This document shows positions 1 through 13,245 of a stretch of 64,000 bases of DNA, one piece after another. The position numbers and the translations under genes were made by a program. Location of the stretch: positions 10,416,001 through 10,480,000 of the forward strand of contig NC_082728.1 in NCBI RefSeq assembly GCF_030144855.1. Direction: 5' to 3'. The first letter of the stretch is position 1. Each line of letters begins with the position of its first letter. The notes below the pieces were generated by a model. The model was given only the letters and a program-made list of their open reading frames with translations. It was not told the origin of the DNA and ran no database searches. This DNA is from Hypanus sabinus. Its lineage: Eukaryota.

Positions 1-98
1 GCTGGAGACTGCGCAGATGATGACGGCCGCCAGGGCTGCCTTCGGGACGTAGAAGAAGAGTGGAGTGAGAAAGGCCAGGGACAGCAGCACGATGATTC
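1..98 (-). CDS. SLC26A11: SLC26A11 coding exon 11 of those in the window (truncated by window edge): (G)IIVLLSLAFLTPLFFYVPKAALAAVIICAVSS
   Basis: Manual translation resembles the SLC26A11 TM segment; acceptor ttcccAG (plus 99-100); phase 1 fits the preceding exon. Confidence 0.93.
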
Positions 99-1832
99 CT
101 GGGAACACAAGCCGACAGTCACCATCACAGCGCAAGGCCAGCCCCACGGTAACCCGCGACATACCGGACACTCCCAAAGCTTCAATAGGGCGGCACTTTA
201 GCGCCTTATTACAGCACCAGCGACCCGGGTTCAATTCTAACACAGGAGATCATATGTTCTCCCCGTGACCACGTGAGTTTCCCCCAGATGCTCCCGTCCA
301 CTCCCACATCCCAAAAGATACACAGGTTAGCTGGTCACGAGTGTAATTGGGTGGTGTGAGCTCATTGGACCAAGGGGGGCCTGTTATCGCACTGTAACTC
401 CAAATAAAGTATGGCGTCCTGTTGGAAGACTACTGAACACAGATGGAACCTTGACCCTCACAACCTACTTCCTTACCGTCGGTCGACACAACCCTACCCC
501 ATAACACTTCCTCCCTTTTCTCTTGTACCACCTCAACGCAGTGACGTGGTTAACAGGCTGCTGATTGGTCAGGGCATGAAGGGTTAGGGGGAGAAGGCAG
601 GGAATCGGGGCTGAGGGCGAATTGGATCAGCCCTGATGAAATGGTGGAGAAGACTCGATGGGCCAAATGGCCTAATTCTGCCCCTACACATCTTATGCTT
701 CGTACCTTACCTAACGTGATGAAATAATCCGTATGGATGGGATGCAAAACAATAATAAACCAATTTACTCCTGTTGAAGTCGAGAGCTTCAGGTACCTGG
801 AGTACATTATCTGTCCTGGTCCAACCACACTGACATCACAGCCAAGAAGCTCCACTGCTTCTACCTCCTCAGGAGGCAGATGAAATTGGGCAGGTCCCTG
901 TCGACCCCTACTGAGTTTTACCAAAGCACTACAGAAAGCATTCCGTCTGGAAGCTCCCCAGCTTGGCACAGCAACACGCGCTCATGAGGAACTCGCGGGC
1001 ACAACTCAGCACACCATGGAATAAGACGGGTTCTCCGCCTCACAATCTCCCTCCTCCTGATCTTTCGTCTGCCCGCGCCGGGCGCTGCTTCAGAAGCTTT
1101 TACACTTTATTCTGCAACGTCCTGCTGCCTTCTGTAAGGAGTGGGCACCCTCTCACCCTGTGACCAGGTGCTCCGGGTTCCTCCCAAGATGTACCGGTCG
1201 GTCATTGTAAATTGCCCCCTGATTCGGCTAGGGTTAAATCAGGAGTTGCTGGACGGCGAGACTCAAAGGGCCTATTCAACGCTGAAGCGCAATAAATTAT
1301 TTTACCTTGTTCTGGCTCGGTGCACTGGGTAACGATCTGATCGGTATGAACAGTGTGCACGAGGAGCTTTTCACTGCATCCTGGTCCACGCGACAACGAT
1401 AACTGAATTTACCCTGCCCACTCACGGGGGTATCAGTCACCACACTCCCCCGAAACCCACCGATATCCACTCTTCACTTCCTTTCATTGGAGACCGGTTA
1501 CCACAGGTCCAGCAGGGAAACTCAATAAAACACCGTGCAAAATGCAAATTAAAAGGGGGTTCCTTTGAAGGACTCCAACCCAATGGGGAGGGGTGGGGAG
1601 AAGCCTCCTGATTTAGATGGCAGTTTTGATTCAGACCCGTGTCCCTTTGTCTCACCGCGGATTCTCTTGGAAAGGGTCAGTGAAACGATGGCGGTATCAG
1701 GGTGAGCACAGCGGCTTTCCGCTGTTAATCCAGGACCCATTCGGCCCTCTGTCCCCAAGGTGAAATGAAGCAGATTATATTTCAGGTCACGGGGAGGGAA
1801 GCGACTCCCCAACGCCGACGGCCATTACCTAC

Positions 1833-1888
1833 CAGTCACTATCCCGCCAGCGGGGCTGCACACCCCCGTCTGAGAGTTCACTGCAGTC
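1833..1888 (-). CDS. SLC26A11: SLC26A11 coding exon 10 (56 nt): (R)TAVNSQTGVCSPAGGIVT(G)
   Basis: AG/GT boundaries; continues the GSFGR-TAVN SLC26 motif; phases consistent. Confidence 0.95.
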
Positions 1889-2703
1889 CTGGGAGGAGGC
1901 AAAGATCAGCCATTAGAATTGGAATCTGATTTGTCGAAAGCAAAGCCTTTTAAAGTGTTTCAGAGGCTGGGGGGTAGTTGACCCAACTGAAGTTTATACG
2001 AGTACGAGGCATCTTTCCCCCAAGGTCAAAACCAGAATCAGACTTATCACTGGCCTGTCAGGACGCTGGTCGTTCTCTGACAGCAGTACATAAATAAATT
2101 ACTAAAAATTACAAAGCGAAATCTTTTTAAAAATTAGTGTAAAAAGAGAGCAAAGTAGTGCTGAAGGGTTCACGGACCATTCAGATCTCTGACAGCAGAG
2201 GGGACGAATTGCGAGCCAGGATCCACCCTGATGCTGGCAATGAGAAGGGGGCACGTCCTGGGAGATGGGGACCCTCCTCGATGGATGCCGGCTGTTTGAG
2301 GCATCACTTTCGAAGGTGTCCTTGATGCTGGGGAGGGTTGTGCCCATGATGGAGCTGGCCGGCCGAGTTTACAGCCTCAGCAGCTTTTTCAGATCCTGTG
2401 TACTGGCCCAACCCAGGGACAGGCCTGAAGCACACTTGCAGCCACCGGGCCTCGGACTTCTCCAGTGGATTCGCTTTAACCATCGGGCCTCAGCTTCTGA
2501 TTGTCCTTCAGGCTTTGGTCTTGGGTATCCACCCCAGGGCTCAGCAACGGTGGGACCCCAGTCTCCAGGGTGAGGACGGGGTCTCAGACTGCAGGGCTCA
2601 AACTCTGGACTCTGAATTCCAGAAACTGCACCACCACCTCGCCCCCATCAACCAACCCGTTCTGCAACCAACTCGTCAGCATCAATCCCAACAGCGTGCT
2701 TAC

Positions 2704-2764
2704 CTGCCAAAGCTTCCAGTCACGGGGAAGGACGAGACAAAGGAGCCCAGGATGTTTGTACTGC
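2704..2764 (-). CDS. SLC26A11: SLC26A11 coding exon 9 (61 nt): (G)STNILGSFVSSFPVTGSFG(R)
   Basis: tttccAG and GTaag boundaries; conserved SLC26 substrate-site motif. Confidence 0.95.
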
Positions 2765-2782
2765 CTGGAAACAAGAGGAGGA

Positions 2783-4220
2783 GTGAGGCAAGGGCCAATG
2801 CCGTGGGTCAGACGTCTGTTCTGGGTCGGGGGCCAAAGCCGTGGGTCAGACGTCTGTTCTGGGTCGGGAGCCAAAGCCGTGGGTCAGACGTCTGTTCTGG
2901 GTCGGGAGCCAAAGCCGTGGGTCAGACGTCTGTTCTGGGTCGGGGGCCAAAGCCGTGGGTCAGACGTCTGTTCTGGGTCGGGGGCCAAAGCCGTGGGTCA
3001 GACGTCTGTTCTGGGTCGGGGGCCAAAGCCGTGGGTCAGACGTCTGTTCTGGGTCGGGGGCCAAAGCCGTGGGTCAGACGTCTGTTCTGGGTCGGGGGCC
3101 AAAGCCGTGGGTCAGACGTCTGTTCTGGGACGGGAGTGGACGATGTGCATTGAGGTGAGGGCCAATGCCGTGGGTCAGACGTCTGTTCTGGGTCGGGGGC
3201 CAAAGCCGTGGGTCAGACGTCTGTTCTGGGTCGGGGGCCAAAGCCGTGGGTCAGACGTCTGTTCTGGGTCGGGGGCCAAAGCCGTGGGTCAGACGTCTGT
3301 TCTGGGTCGGGGGCCAAAGCCGTGGGTCAGACGTCTGTTCTGGGACGGGAGTGGACGATGTGCATTGAGGTGAGGGCCAATGCCGTGGGTCAGACGTCTG
3401 TTCTGGGTCGGGGGCCAAAGCCGTGGGTCAGACGTCTGTTCTGGGTCGGGGGCCAAAGCCGTGGGTCAGACGTCTGTTCTGGGTCGGGGGCCAAAGCCGT
3501 GGGTCAGACGTCTGTTCTGGGTCGGGGGCCAAAGCCGTGGGTCAGACGTCTGTTCTGGGTCGGGGGCCAAAGCCGTGGGTCAGACGTCTGTTCTGGGACG
3601 GGAGTGGACGATGTGCATTGAGGTGAGGGCCAATGCCGTGGGTCAGACGTCTGTTCTGGGTCGGGGGCCAAAGCCGTGGGTCAGACGTCTGTTCTGGGTC
3701 GGGGGTGGACGATGTGCATTGAGGCGAGGGCCAATGCCGTGGGTCAGACGTCTGTTCTGGGTCAGGGGCCAAAGCCGTGGGTCAGACGTCTGTTCTGGGT
3801 CGGGGGTGGACGATGTGCATTGAGGCGAGGGCCAATGCCGTGGGTCAGACGTCTGTTCTGGGTCGGGGACCAAAGCCGTGGGTCAGACGTCTGTTCCGGG
3901 TCGGGGGCCAAAGCCGTGGGTCAGACGTCTGTTCTGGGTCGGGGGCCAATGCCGTGGGTCAGACGTCTGTTCTGGGTCGGGGGCCAAAGCCGTGGGTCAG
4001 ACGTCTGTTCTGGGTCGGGGGCCAAAGCCGTGGGTCAGACGTCTGTTCTGGGTCGGGGGCCAAAGCCGTGGGTCAGACGTCTGTTCTGGGTCGGGGGCCA
4101 AAGCCGTGGGTCAGACGTCTGTTCTGGGTCGGGGGCCAATGCCGTGGGTCAGACGTCTGTTCCGGGTCGGGGGCCAATGCCGTGGGTCAGACGTCTGTTC
4201 TGGGTCGGGGGTGGACGACA
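2783..4220. repeat. 38-bp minisatellite (ccaaagccgtgggtcagacgtctgttctgggtcggggg) with interspersed longer units, about 35 units
   Basis: Unit starts at 2833, 2871, 2909 and onward; periodic insertion of gtggacgatgtgcattgaggtgag. Confidence 0.97.
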
Positions 4221-4937
4221 TGTTGATCACTGCACAAACAATAGGCAGAATGGAGACCAAATTCCAAAAAGAAACCCAATTCCCCTGGGTGGTGTTCCCA
4301 GAAGACAGGAACTCCTGTCTCACAGCCCAAGGGAGCAGTGGAGACTTGACCAAGGCTGACATGGTTGGGAACTGGGATTAGTCTGAACAACAATAGACAG
4401 TAGGTACAAGAGTAGGCCATTCACTGTGATCATCCACAACCAGGGACATGGGGCAAACAGTCTTCTGTGCCGAGCATTTTCTCGGATTGGAAGCGGCCCC
4501 GGAATCCCACTTAATGAGAGACTTAATCCTCCCCCATTTCCACACCAGTCCGTAGGCTCCAGAGAAACACCGGGGGGTGGGGGGTGGGGAGGCAGAGAGA
4601 AGGTGAAGATGAAACACTGCAGACTTGAGGAGCAATGTTTGGGTGGGGGGTGAGAAGGAGGGAGGGGGGGAGAGAGAGAGAGAGAGTGAGAGTACCACAC
4701 ATTGCCCATGGGACAGACGCACACAGGTACACAAGATGCACTGGAGCTTGTGCACGTGCACAGATATGGAGGCTGGTTTTGGGACAGACAGACAGAGTCC
4801 CTCGCCTTGGGCTACAGGCAGTAGGACCCAGACAGCTGCGTCCAACCTTCTCCCCACCTCGGCTGGTTACAGCACTCAGGGTCTGGGGAAGCTGCGAGCA
4901 CAGAGAATAAAGTCCCCGCTGTCCCACACCCCCTTAC

Positions 4938-4988
4938 CGATGGCAAGGAGCTCTTGATCTGGGTGGATCCTGTATCCGTTCTGAGTGG
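4938..4988 (-). CDS. SLC26A11: SLC26A11 coding exon 8 (51 nt): (A)TQNGYRIHPDQELLAI(G)
   Basis: tttcAG and GTaag boundaries; QELLAIG corresponds to the SLC26 NQELxAxG motif. Confidence 0.95.
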
Positions 4989-5404
4989 CTGAAATACAAC
5001 AAGCGATCTGTTAGCGGGTCGGTGGCAAGGAGGTGCTGGCCCGGAAGCCTCCGTGTGTGGCAAACTTACCCACACGGTCAGCATCCAGCCGGGAATCTCC
5101 AGGAAACAGATCTGGGAGGGGAAGGGAGCGGTCGGGAGAGATTCACAGTGGTTCTGGGCCTAAGTGCACGGTTAGGATGGATGGCTTAAATTCAGGGGAG
5201 CTTCACTGCCTCAGTAAAGCAGCCAGTGTAATCAGACCCCACCCTGGGCATTCCCTCTTCCCCCCACCCTCAGAATCTGGGGGGAGAGAGAAAGAGTTTT
5301 ACTGTTAGTTACTCTGAAGTAGCTCAGAGGTCTGGGGGGGGGGGCACAAATCGTTAGGGGTAGGATGTGCCGGGGACAGAGGGATACAGACAGAGATCAC
5401 TCAC

Positions 5405-5477
5405 CGAAAGCCTTGGCAATCGCTATGCTCTCCAGAAATCCCACCAGAGGCACCACAGCCAACCCCGCTCCGAAGTC
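5405..5477 (-). CDS. SLC26A11: SLC26A11 coding exon 7 (73 nt): DFGAGLAVVPLVGFLESIAIAKAF
   Basis: AG and GTgag boundaries; ESIAIAKAF motif. Confidence 0.95.
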
Positions 5478-6546
5478 CTGAGAAGACCAAGAGTGTCAGA
5501 TCAGTCGCTGCGTCAAAGTTCAAAGTAAACTTTTATTGAAGCCTGTACAAGTTAGCAGACACAATACCACCTAAAAATTAACTTGCTTGCCGGTATTTAC
5601 AGAATCAATAAACTCAACCCCATCTCAAACACTTGCAATTCTTCCTCTGACTCAAATAAAACAGAATAATTCCATACGTTTTCTCTCTCTCTTTAAGCAT
5701 CGACTCTTACAGAACAGAAACAAACCTTTCGACCCACGCCTGCCATCAAGCACCATTTACTCTGACCTGATACAGGGTCTCAGCCCAAAACGTCGACAGT
5801 TCACTCCTCTCCGTAGATGCTGCCTGACCTGCTGAGTTCCCCCAGCACTGTGTGTGTGTTGGTCCAGATTTCCAGCAGCTGCAGAATCCCTGGTTTACTC
5901 TTCACCCTGACCAACATTAATCCCAGTGTAGTTTCATCAATCCACCCAGGTCCCCAGGGCACTTTCAAGGACGCCTCATCTTCTGTTCTCCATATTTACT
6001 ACTATTCCTCCCTTTTCCCTTTGTTTTTTCAGTTTGCCTTTCACACGTTGGTTGCTGATGGGGAGAGTCTTTCATTGATTCTATTGTTTGTCCCGGACTT
6101 ACTGTGAATGCCCGCAAGAAAACTAAAACCCAGGGTTGTATATAGTGATATATATGTGGACTTTGGTAATAGATTTACTTTGAACTTTATTAGAGGCTAA
6201 CTGGCCCAGCAACTGGCATGCTTTTGGGATGGGGGGGGGGGGGTGGGGAGGGAACCAGAACACTGGGAGAACGTGCAAACTCCACACAGACAGCGCCCAA
6301 GGGCAGGATTGAACCGGGTCTCTGGTGCTTTGAGAAAATGTCCCTACCAACTGTGCCACTGCGTTAACCTAATTTTCTGAAATATACGCGGTAGGGAATA
6401 ATGGACTAGTTAATCACCCAGAGAGAGTCACAGCTCTATTGATCCGGTGCTGGGCAGCCCGTCCTGTTTCAACCGCCTCGAAGCTACGGCCAAGAAACAC
6501 TCACCAACATCTGTATTTCCTCAGAAGGCCAAGGGCCGGTGGTATG

Positions 6547-6805
6547 GTACTGTAGTGGTTAGCACAACGCTTCACAGTACCAGTGACCCAGGTTCAATTC
6601 CCACCGCTGCCTGTAAGGAGTTTGTACGTTCTCCCCGTGACCGCGTGGGTCTCCTCTGGGAGCTCCAGTTTCCTCCCACAGTCCAAAGGCTGTGTTGGTT
6701 GGTTAACCGGTCATTGTAAATTGTCCCGTGATGAGGCCAGGTTTAGATCGGGGGTTGCTGGGCAGTGTAACTCATAGGGCCAAAAGGTATTTCAAAAAAT
6801 AAATA
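6547..6805 (+). mobile_element. tRNA-derived SINE (representative copy; related copies near 190-410, 15655-15860, 21165-21350, 37200-37480, 50620-51060)
   Basis: tRNA-like head with B-box ggttcaattccc, shared body tgtaaggagtttgtacgttctccccgtgacc, A-rich tail; many copies in window. Confidence 0.75.
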
Positions 6806-6906
6806 ACAGAAATTCAGCACATCTCTGTTAACCCTTACCAATTTTTATAGATATACCACAGAAAGTATCCTATTGGGATGCATCACCGTCTTGGAATGAC
6901 AGACGC

Positions 6907-7619
6907 ATTGGCTGGGCTGCGCCCACAGTTACTTGTGATTGGCTGGGCTGCGCCCACAGCTACTTGTGATTGGCTGGGCTGCGCCCACAGCTTCTTGTGA
7001 TTGGCTGGGCTGCGCGCACAGCTTCTTGTGATTGGCTGGGCTGCACCCACAGTTACTTGTGATTGGCTGGGCTGCGCCCACAGTTACTTGTGATTGGCTG
7101 GGCTGCGCCCACAGCTACTTGTGATTGGCTGGGCTGCGCCCACAGCTACTTGTGATTGGCTGGGCTGTGCTCACAGCTTCTTGTGATTGGCTGGGCTGCG
7201 CCCACAGTTACTTGTGATTGGCTGGGCTGCGCTCACAGCTTCTTGTGATCAGCTGGACTGCGCCCACAGCTTCTTGTGATTGGCTGGGCTGCACCCACAG
7301 CTTCTTGTGATTGGCTGGGCTGCGCGCACAGCTTCTTGTGATTGGCTGGGCTGCACCCACAGCTTCTTGTGATTGGCTGGGCTGCACCCACAGCTTCTTG
7401 TGATCGGCTGGGCTGCACCCACAGCTTCTTGTGATCGGCTGGGCTGCGCGCACAGCTTCTTGTGATCGGCTGGGCTGCGCGCACAGCTTCTTGTGATCGG
7501 CTGGGCTGCGCGCACAGCTTCTTGTGATTGGCTGGGCTGCGCCCACAGCTTCTTGTGATTGGCTGGGCTGCGCCCACAGCTTCTTGTGATTGGCTGGGCT
7601 GCGCCCACAGCTTCTTGTG
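6907..7619. repeat. 31-bp minisatellite (ttggctgggctgcgcccacagcttcttgtga), about 23 units, inside a LINE 3' fragment
   Basis: Direct 31-bp periodicity (6908, 6939 and onward). Confidence 0.97.
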
Positions 7620-8636
7620 GACTTGGGCGATCACGGCTTGGAACGACAAACATTCTGCCCATGACCACTAGTAACCATGGACACTGCTCAGCCAATCACA
7701 GAAACCAGCCTCCCTTCCTGTGACTCCGCTCATAGTTCCTGCTGCCTCGGGAAAATAGCTGACAAAAAAACTCCTCCTGCCCCAACATTCTCTCTTCGTG
7801 CCCCCCCACTCCCCAAAAATCAGGAGAAGATACAAAAACTTAAAAACCACCAGATTCAATAAAGGATTTGAACCCACTCTTACAAGAGTCTTGAATGGAC
7901 CCCTCGTATGCCAATGGTGACTCTTGACCTAGTCATAGCTCCTGCACCACACTGCCTACCCGCAATGCACTCTCGCTCTCTAAACGCAACACTGAATTGT
8001 GTTCTGTTATTGCATTTCCCCTCTACCACCTCAACGTACCAAGGTTTTAAAATGATCTGTGTGGACTGCACAGCAGACGTGCTACAATAATAAATTAATC
8101 AAAATCAGGCACACAGACCGAACTGCACAGTCAGACTTAACTCAGGCCCCCACGCTCCACCATGGAGCTGGTTTTAGTGTCATAGAGCAAAGGCAGCCCT
8201 CTTGGCTCATTCATCATTCTGCCTGGTCCCACAGAGCAGTCCCTGGACAGTGGCCCTCCATACCTCTCCCATCCACATACTGACATCTTAAATGCTGCAA
8301 CCTAACTTCTGCTGGCAACTCCACTCAGTGAATAACCTCACATTCCCCTCAAATGTTTCACCTTTCACACTTAACCTATGACCTTTAGATCTAACCTCAC
8401 CCAACCTCAGTAGAAAAAGCCTGTTGGCATTTACCCTCTATTCCCTCATAATTTTGTACACCCCCGTCAACTCTTCCCTCAAACTCCCACCCTTCAGGGA
8501 ACAAACCTTCCCCCATATCTCAGGCTCTCAAGTCCCAGCGACATCCTCGTAAACTTTCCCTGCACTCTCTGCATCTTCCTGCCGTTTCTGATCCGGCCAG
8601 GAGGCGCCACAGGTCTGGAGTGGAGAGGACACTCAC

Positions 8637-8812
8637 CCGGACAATCTCCGCGAAGCATTGCGTGCCGTTCGTCTCCGCCTGGGGAAAGGGTGGAAATCGG
8701 AAAGGCGGGAGACCCCGAGCCATCGGTCCCGTCAGGGTGAACACGTGCCAACACCGACTCTCGAAGCAGAGGGCGACCAGGCTGGCTGCCACCACAACCA
8801 CGGCGTTCCGGG
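8637..8812 (-). CDS. SLC26A11: SLC26A11 coding exon 6 (176 nt): (A)RNAVVVVAASLVALCF...GLPPFRFPPF...FAEIVR
   Basis: Within ORF 8520..8828; ggcAG and GTgagt boundaries; RNA-VV and GLPP motifs. Confidence 0.95.
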
Positions 8813-9941
8813 CTGCCGAAGGATGCAAGCGTTAGGCCAGGGGCAGCGGCACCTTTCGCAAGTAGCGGCACGTCACAATCAGAATCAGGATCACCGGCGT
8901 GAGGTTCCGCGCGTTTTGTCGCAGTACACAAGAACACTTACCAGTTACAATAATAAATATTTAACTAAGGAATTGTAAGGTCGGGGTTGAGGGCCGTTCA
9001 GAAATCCCGTGGCAATGGGGAGGGGGTGCCGCGGTAGCGAAGCAGTTGGCAGAACATTATTACAGTGCCAGCGGCCCTCGTCCCGCCCACGTTCTGAAGA
9101 TGTATGGGTTTATTGGTCACATGGGTGCAGCTGGGTGACGTGGTCTCGTCGGAGGAGGAGGGCCTGATACTGCGCTGCATCTCCAAATATTTCTGGCTGC
9201 CAGACCTCAGGGAGTATCAGTGCCAGTTCTGAGGAGCGGGTGGGCTGGCTTGTACCCCATCGAGCTGCGTGCCAACTCAGAACGATCCCGCTGATCCGTT
9301 GTGACTTCATGCCCCTGTTCTGCCACCCACCTTCCCACCTGAGGGGGGGGCAACTACAGTATCCAACTAATCTACCCACCCACACACTCCTGGGTCGTGG
9401 GAGGAGCCAGGGAAACCCACAGGGAGCATGCAAACTCCACAAAGGCGACAACGGAAGTCAGGGTTGAACCCAGGGCTCTAGGATGCGCAGGGGAGCAACG
9501 CTGGCCACACCACTGATAGCCAGGCTTGTGTAACACAGACCGGGATTAGCCACGCAGGCCGAGATACTGCACTCGCAAGAATTGCTCAGACACGGAACTG
9601 GTTCCCTCAGGGCTGCCCCGGGAACACAAATGGCAAATCAGGTCAGGCTCCTGCCCGGCGACAGGCTGCTTGGAACAGAAAGCAATGAATGAAAAGCCAG
9701 AGTAACATGAGCAGACTGTGCGTTGCCCCAAATTCCAGCACCTGCAGCCTCTGGTCTCTCTGTAGCCAAAACTTCACCTCGCAAACATAAAACCTGGAAC
9801 ATTACAGCACTGTACCGGCCCTTCAGCCAACCTTTCAACCTACTTCAGGAGCAACCTAGCACTTCTCTCCCACGTAGCCCTCCATTTTTCATTCAACCAT
9901 ATTCACGCGATTCTTAAATATAATTTTTAATATCCCTAATA

Positions 9942-10559
9942 CAGTGGATTCCGGTTAATTGGCCCATCGGTTAATCGGGACAGCTGCTTATTTGGGACAA
10001 CTCTAAATGAACAAAAACTGATCAAGAGAATAGCCAGGATTCCCGAACTTCGTCACTGATAGTTGGTAAGAAATAAGCGGAGAGACAATTCAGAACCGTT
10101 TTGCTCACTGCGATTTCAAGCACTCAGGCTCGGAGATGCCAGAAACAGCCGGGAATGAAAATTAAATTACTTCTCTGCTTCAGCAAGTTAGAACCTACTA
10201 ACGATTTGAAGGTATTGACAATTGTCTTGAATGTTACAATGAAAATGAAGATTTGGAGGATATGGTCATCGATAGGACTGTATGAAGACAGTCCGTTATC
10301 TGCACTAGGTGTCTACGCTGATTTTGTTCAGTTACAGTCAAAAGAACACAACCTGGATGAACTTTGATGAATTCCTCCATTCTTAAGTATTAGGAACTAA
10401 CACAGGAACTAATTTGTCTGTATTTCATTTAAATACATAGTTTATTACTGTTTGTCTTTTCTGTACCTTTTTAACCATTTCCATGAAACTTGGGCTAATT
10501 AGGACACTGCGCCGAAATGTACTGGTCCCGACGTGTCCCAATTAATCAGGAATCCACTG
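9942..10559. mobile_element. Non-autonomous Tc1/mariner-superfamily (pogo/Tigger-like) DNA element
   Basis: Terminal inverted repeats cagtggattcc / ggaatccactg, flanked by TA on both sides; interrupts a CR1 tail. Confidence 0.8.
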
Positions 10560-11114
10560 TATATCTGCCTCAATCTCTACCCCGGCAGTTTGCTCCACAC
10601 ACCCACCACTCTCCAGGGAAAGTCCTGGAGAAAAGTCAGGCACCTCATCTTGTACACCCCTAACAAGTCGCATCTCATCTTCCTTTAGCTCCAGAGAAAA
10701 GCCCTGGCTCACTCAATCTATCCCAAGACATGCTCTCTAATCCAGGCAGCATCCTGATAAATCTTCCCTGCACCCTCTCTGAGGCTTCCACATAACGGGG
10801 CAACCGGAGCCAAACACAATACCCCAAATGTCATCTCTTTAAAGAGCTGCAGCATTACCTCGTGGACTTAACCCCCTGACAAATAAAGGCCAACGCCTTC
10901 TCAACCACCCTGAAAACTGGCGCCACAACTTTGAGAGGGTATAAAGATGGAGGCATCAGCACACCAGCAAGCTGCAGACTCTCATCTGTTGAAACCCCCA
11001 GCACGGGGCAATCCCAGGAAGAAAGCTCACCCCTCAACCAGGGTCTGACGGGCAACTCCGAGCAGACAGCCCCCAAGCAACGCCCCATTCCCCACGAGCC
11101 CCGGACTCACGGAC

Positions 11115-11254
11115 CGGTGGCGGCGAAGCTGACGACGGTGTGGCACAGCCGGTTCAGCGGCAGCTCCCTCGGCTTTGCTGGGAGACTCCCCTTCATCAGC
11201 TTCAGCACGACGAGCAGCAGGACGCAGACCAGGCCCAGCGCGAGATCTCCCACC
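11115..11254 (-). CDS. SLC26A11: SLC26A11 coding exon 5 (140 nt): (R)VGDLALGLVCVLLLVVLKLMKG...VVSFAAT
   Basis: gtccAG acceptor; donor G|GTCCGT is required to keep phase 1 with the next exon. Confidence 0.9.
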
Positions 11255-13245
11255 CTGGACAGAGGAAGGAGAGGTGAAGCAACACACAGGAACTATGTTT
11301 CATTTAAATAGGCAGGCCATTCAGCCCGTTACAATTGCTGCTGACTCTCCGTCAAAGAAACGACCCTTCAACGGTTCCCCAGCTCGAGGAACCGATAGCG
11401 ACCCGCTGGACCCAGATGTGGCCAAACAGCTGGCGCTAGTGTACACTGTGGTTCCCACTCTACTGCTGACAAGTTAAAGTCAAGTTCACTGCCAAGTGCA
11501 TGTATAATAGGTCCATTGAAAAAAATCTTACTTGCAGCAGCCTAGTGTCAGACAAACATTGACAAGAAAAATAAACAAATTAGGGACTAATTTTACTAGA
11601 AGGAATATATTTAGAGAGGAAAAAAGACCCACACTGTCCATTGCAGTCCCAAGTGCTCACAGCGTTACTGTCCGGTAATAATCGGGGCTGTACCAGTTGA
11701 TTCAAGAACCAAATGGTTGAGGGGAAGACGCTGTTCTTGAACCTGCTGGTGCGGGACTTGAGGCTTCTGTGCCTCCTGGCTGGTGGTAGGTGCGAGAGGA
11801 TGGCAAGACCAGGATTGCTTTGCAGGCGGCGACTCCGTTAGATGGTGGGGAGGGAGGTATCACCCTCCGCAGCGCATTGTGTTCCTGCGCGTTCCGGTCG
11901 CTGGAGAAGGCAGTGATGCAACTGTTCAGGCACTTTCAACAGTCCATCTGCGGGAGTTTGTTAGTTCCGTGACAAGCCAACACTCTAACTTTCTCAGAAA
12001 GTAGAGACACTCTCACGTCTTCCTTATGATTGCATCTGCACGATTCACCCAGGACAGAGGCCGGGGCAAAATCCTCGGGCTTGCATGGAGACTGTGATTA
12101 AACAGATGACTCCATAAAGTGGCAAGGTGGCTAATCGTGAAAAAGGCATCAGACTGGTGGAATAGACAGCAAATGGAATGATTCATTGACATTTCCTTAC
12201 AACATAGATGGCCATTTGACCTGTCGGGTCAATGCTAGCACAAACCAATCTCATTACCCCATTTTAAAATGCAAAGTAAGCTGATTATCAAAGTACATTG
12301 ACCATATATACCATCTTAAGATACATTTTCTTGCAGAAACTTCCAAGAAAAAAATACAACATCATTAATGAGAAACTACTTCTCACAGCTGCATAACTCC
12401 TCTCTATTCTCACACCGCCCCCCACCCCCCCCGCTCCCAAACTGGGGATCACATTCATTCATTAAGTGCTGTGTTGTACGACGTGGGTGATCTCTGTCTT
12501 TCCATGACCATGCCCATTCTCTTCTTCTGGGCAGTGTCTTAACAAGACGGGCGACTCCAGCCGGTATCAATACTCTTCAGAGATTGTCTGGCTGGTGTCA
12601 GTGGTCGCATAACCAGGACTTGTGATCTGCACTGGCTGCTCATACGACCGTCCACCACCTGCCCCCATGGCTTCATGTGACCCTGATCAAGGGGCTAAGC
12701 AGGTGCTACACCTTGCCAAGGGTGATCTGCAGGCCAGCGAAGGGAAGGAGTGCCGACATCTCCTTTGGTAGGGATGTATCTCCACCGCACCACCCATAGG
12801 GGTCACAGGGACAGTTGCACTGTTCAACCAGAGTGCTGAACCGGTGTGTACAAATTCACTCACAACACTGAACTGAATCCATAACCAACACCCTCACTTT
12901 CAGGGACTCAACAACTCATCTTCTCAGTATTATTTATAACATTTTTATTTGCACAATTTGCCCTCTTTTGCACATAGGCTGTTTGACAATCTTAGTTCAT
13001 GGATAGTTTTTATAATTTACATTGTATTTATTTATTTTTCCTGTAAATGCCTGAAAGAAAATGAATCTCACGGTAGCATATCAGGACATAGGAGGCCATG
13101 TTGTTGTCTCACTGCTGCCATCAGGTAGGAAGTACAGGAGCCGTCAGTCCCACACCACAACCCACGGACTCAACTCGTGTCCTTGTTTTTGTATTTGCAC
13201 AGTTTGTTGTCTTTTGCACATCGATTGCTTGTCAGTCTTTGTGCG

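Noticed and set aside
188-260. tRNA-like A/B-box motifs here and at many other sites
   Set aside because: They are heads of a tRNA-derived SINE with a shared body and cannot fold into complete cloverleafs
2783-4220. Repeat-and-spacer appearance suggesting a CRISPR array
   Set aside because: The interspersed segments are themselves near-identical, there are no unique spacers or cas genes, and the context is a vertebrate intron
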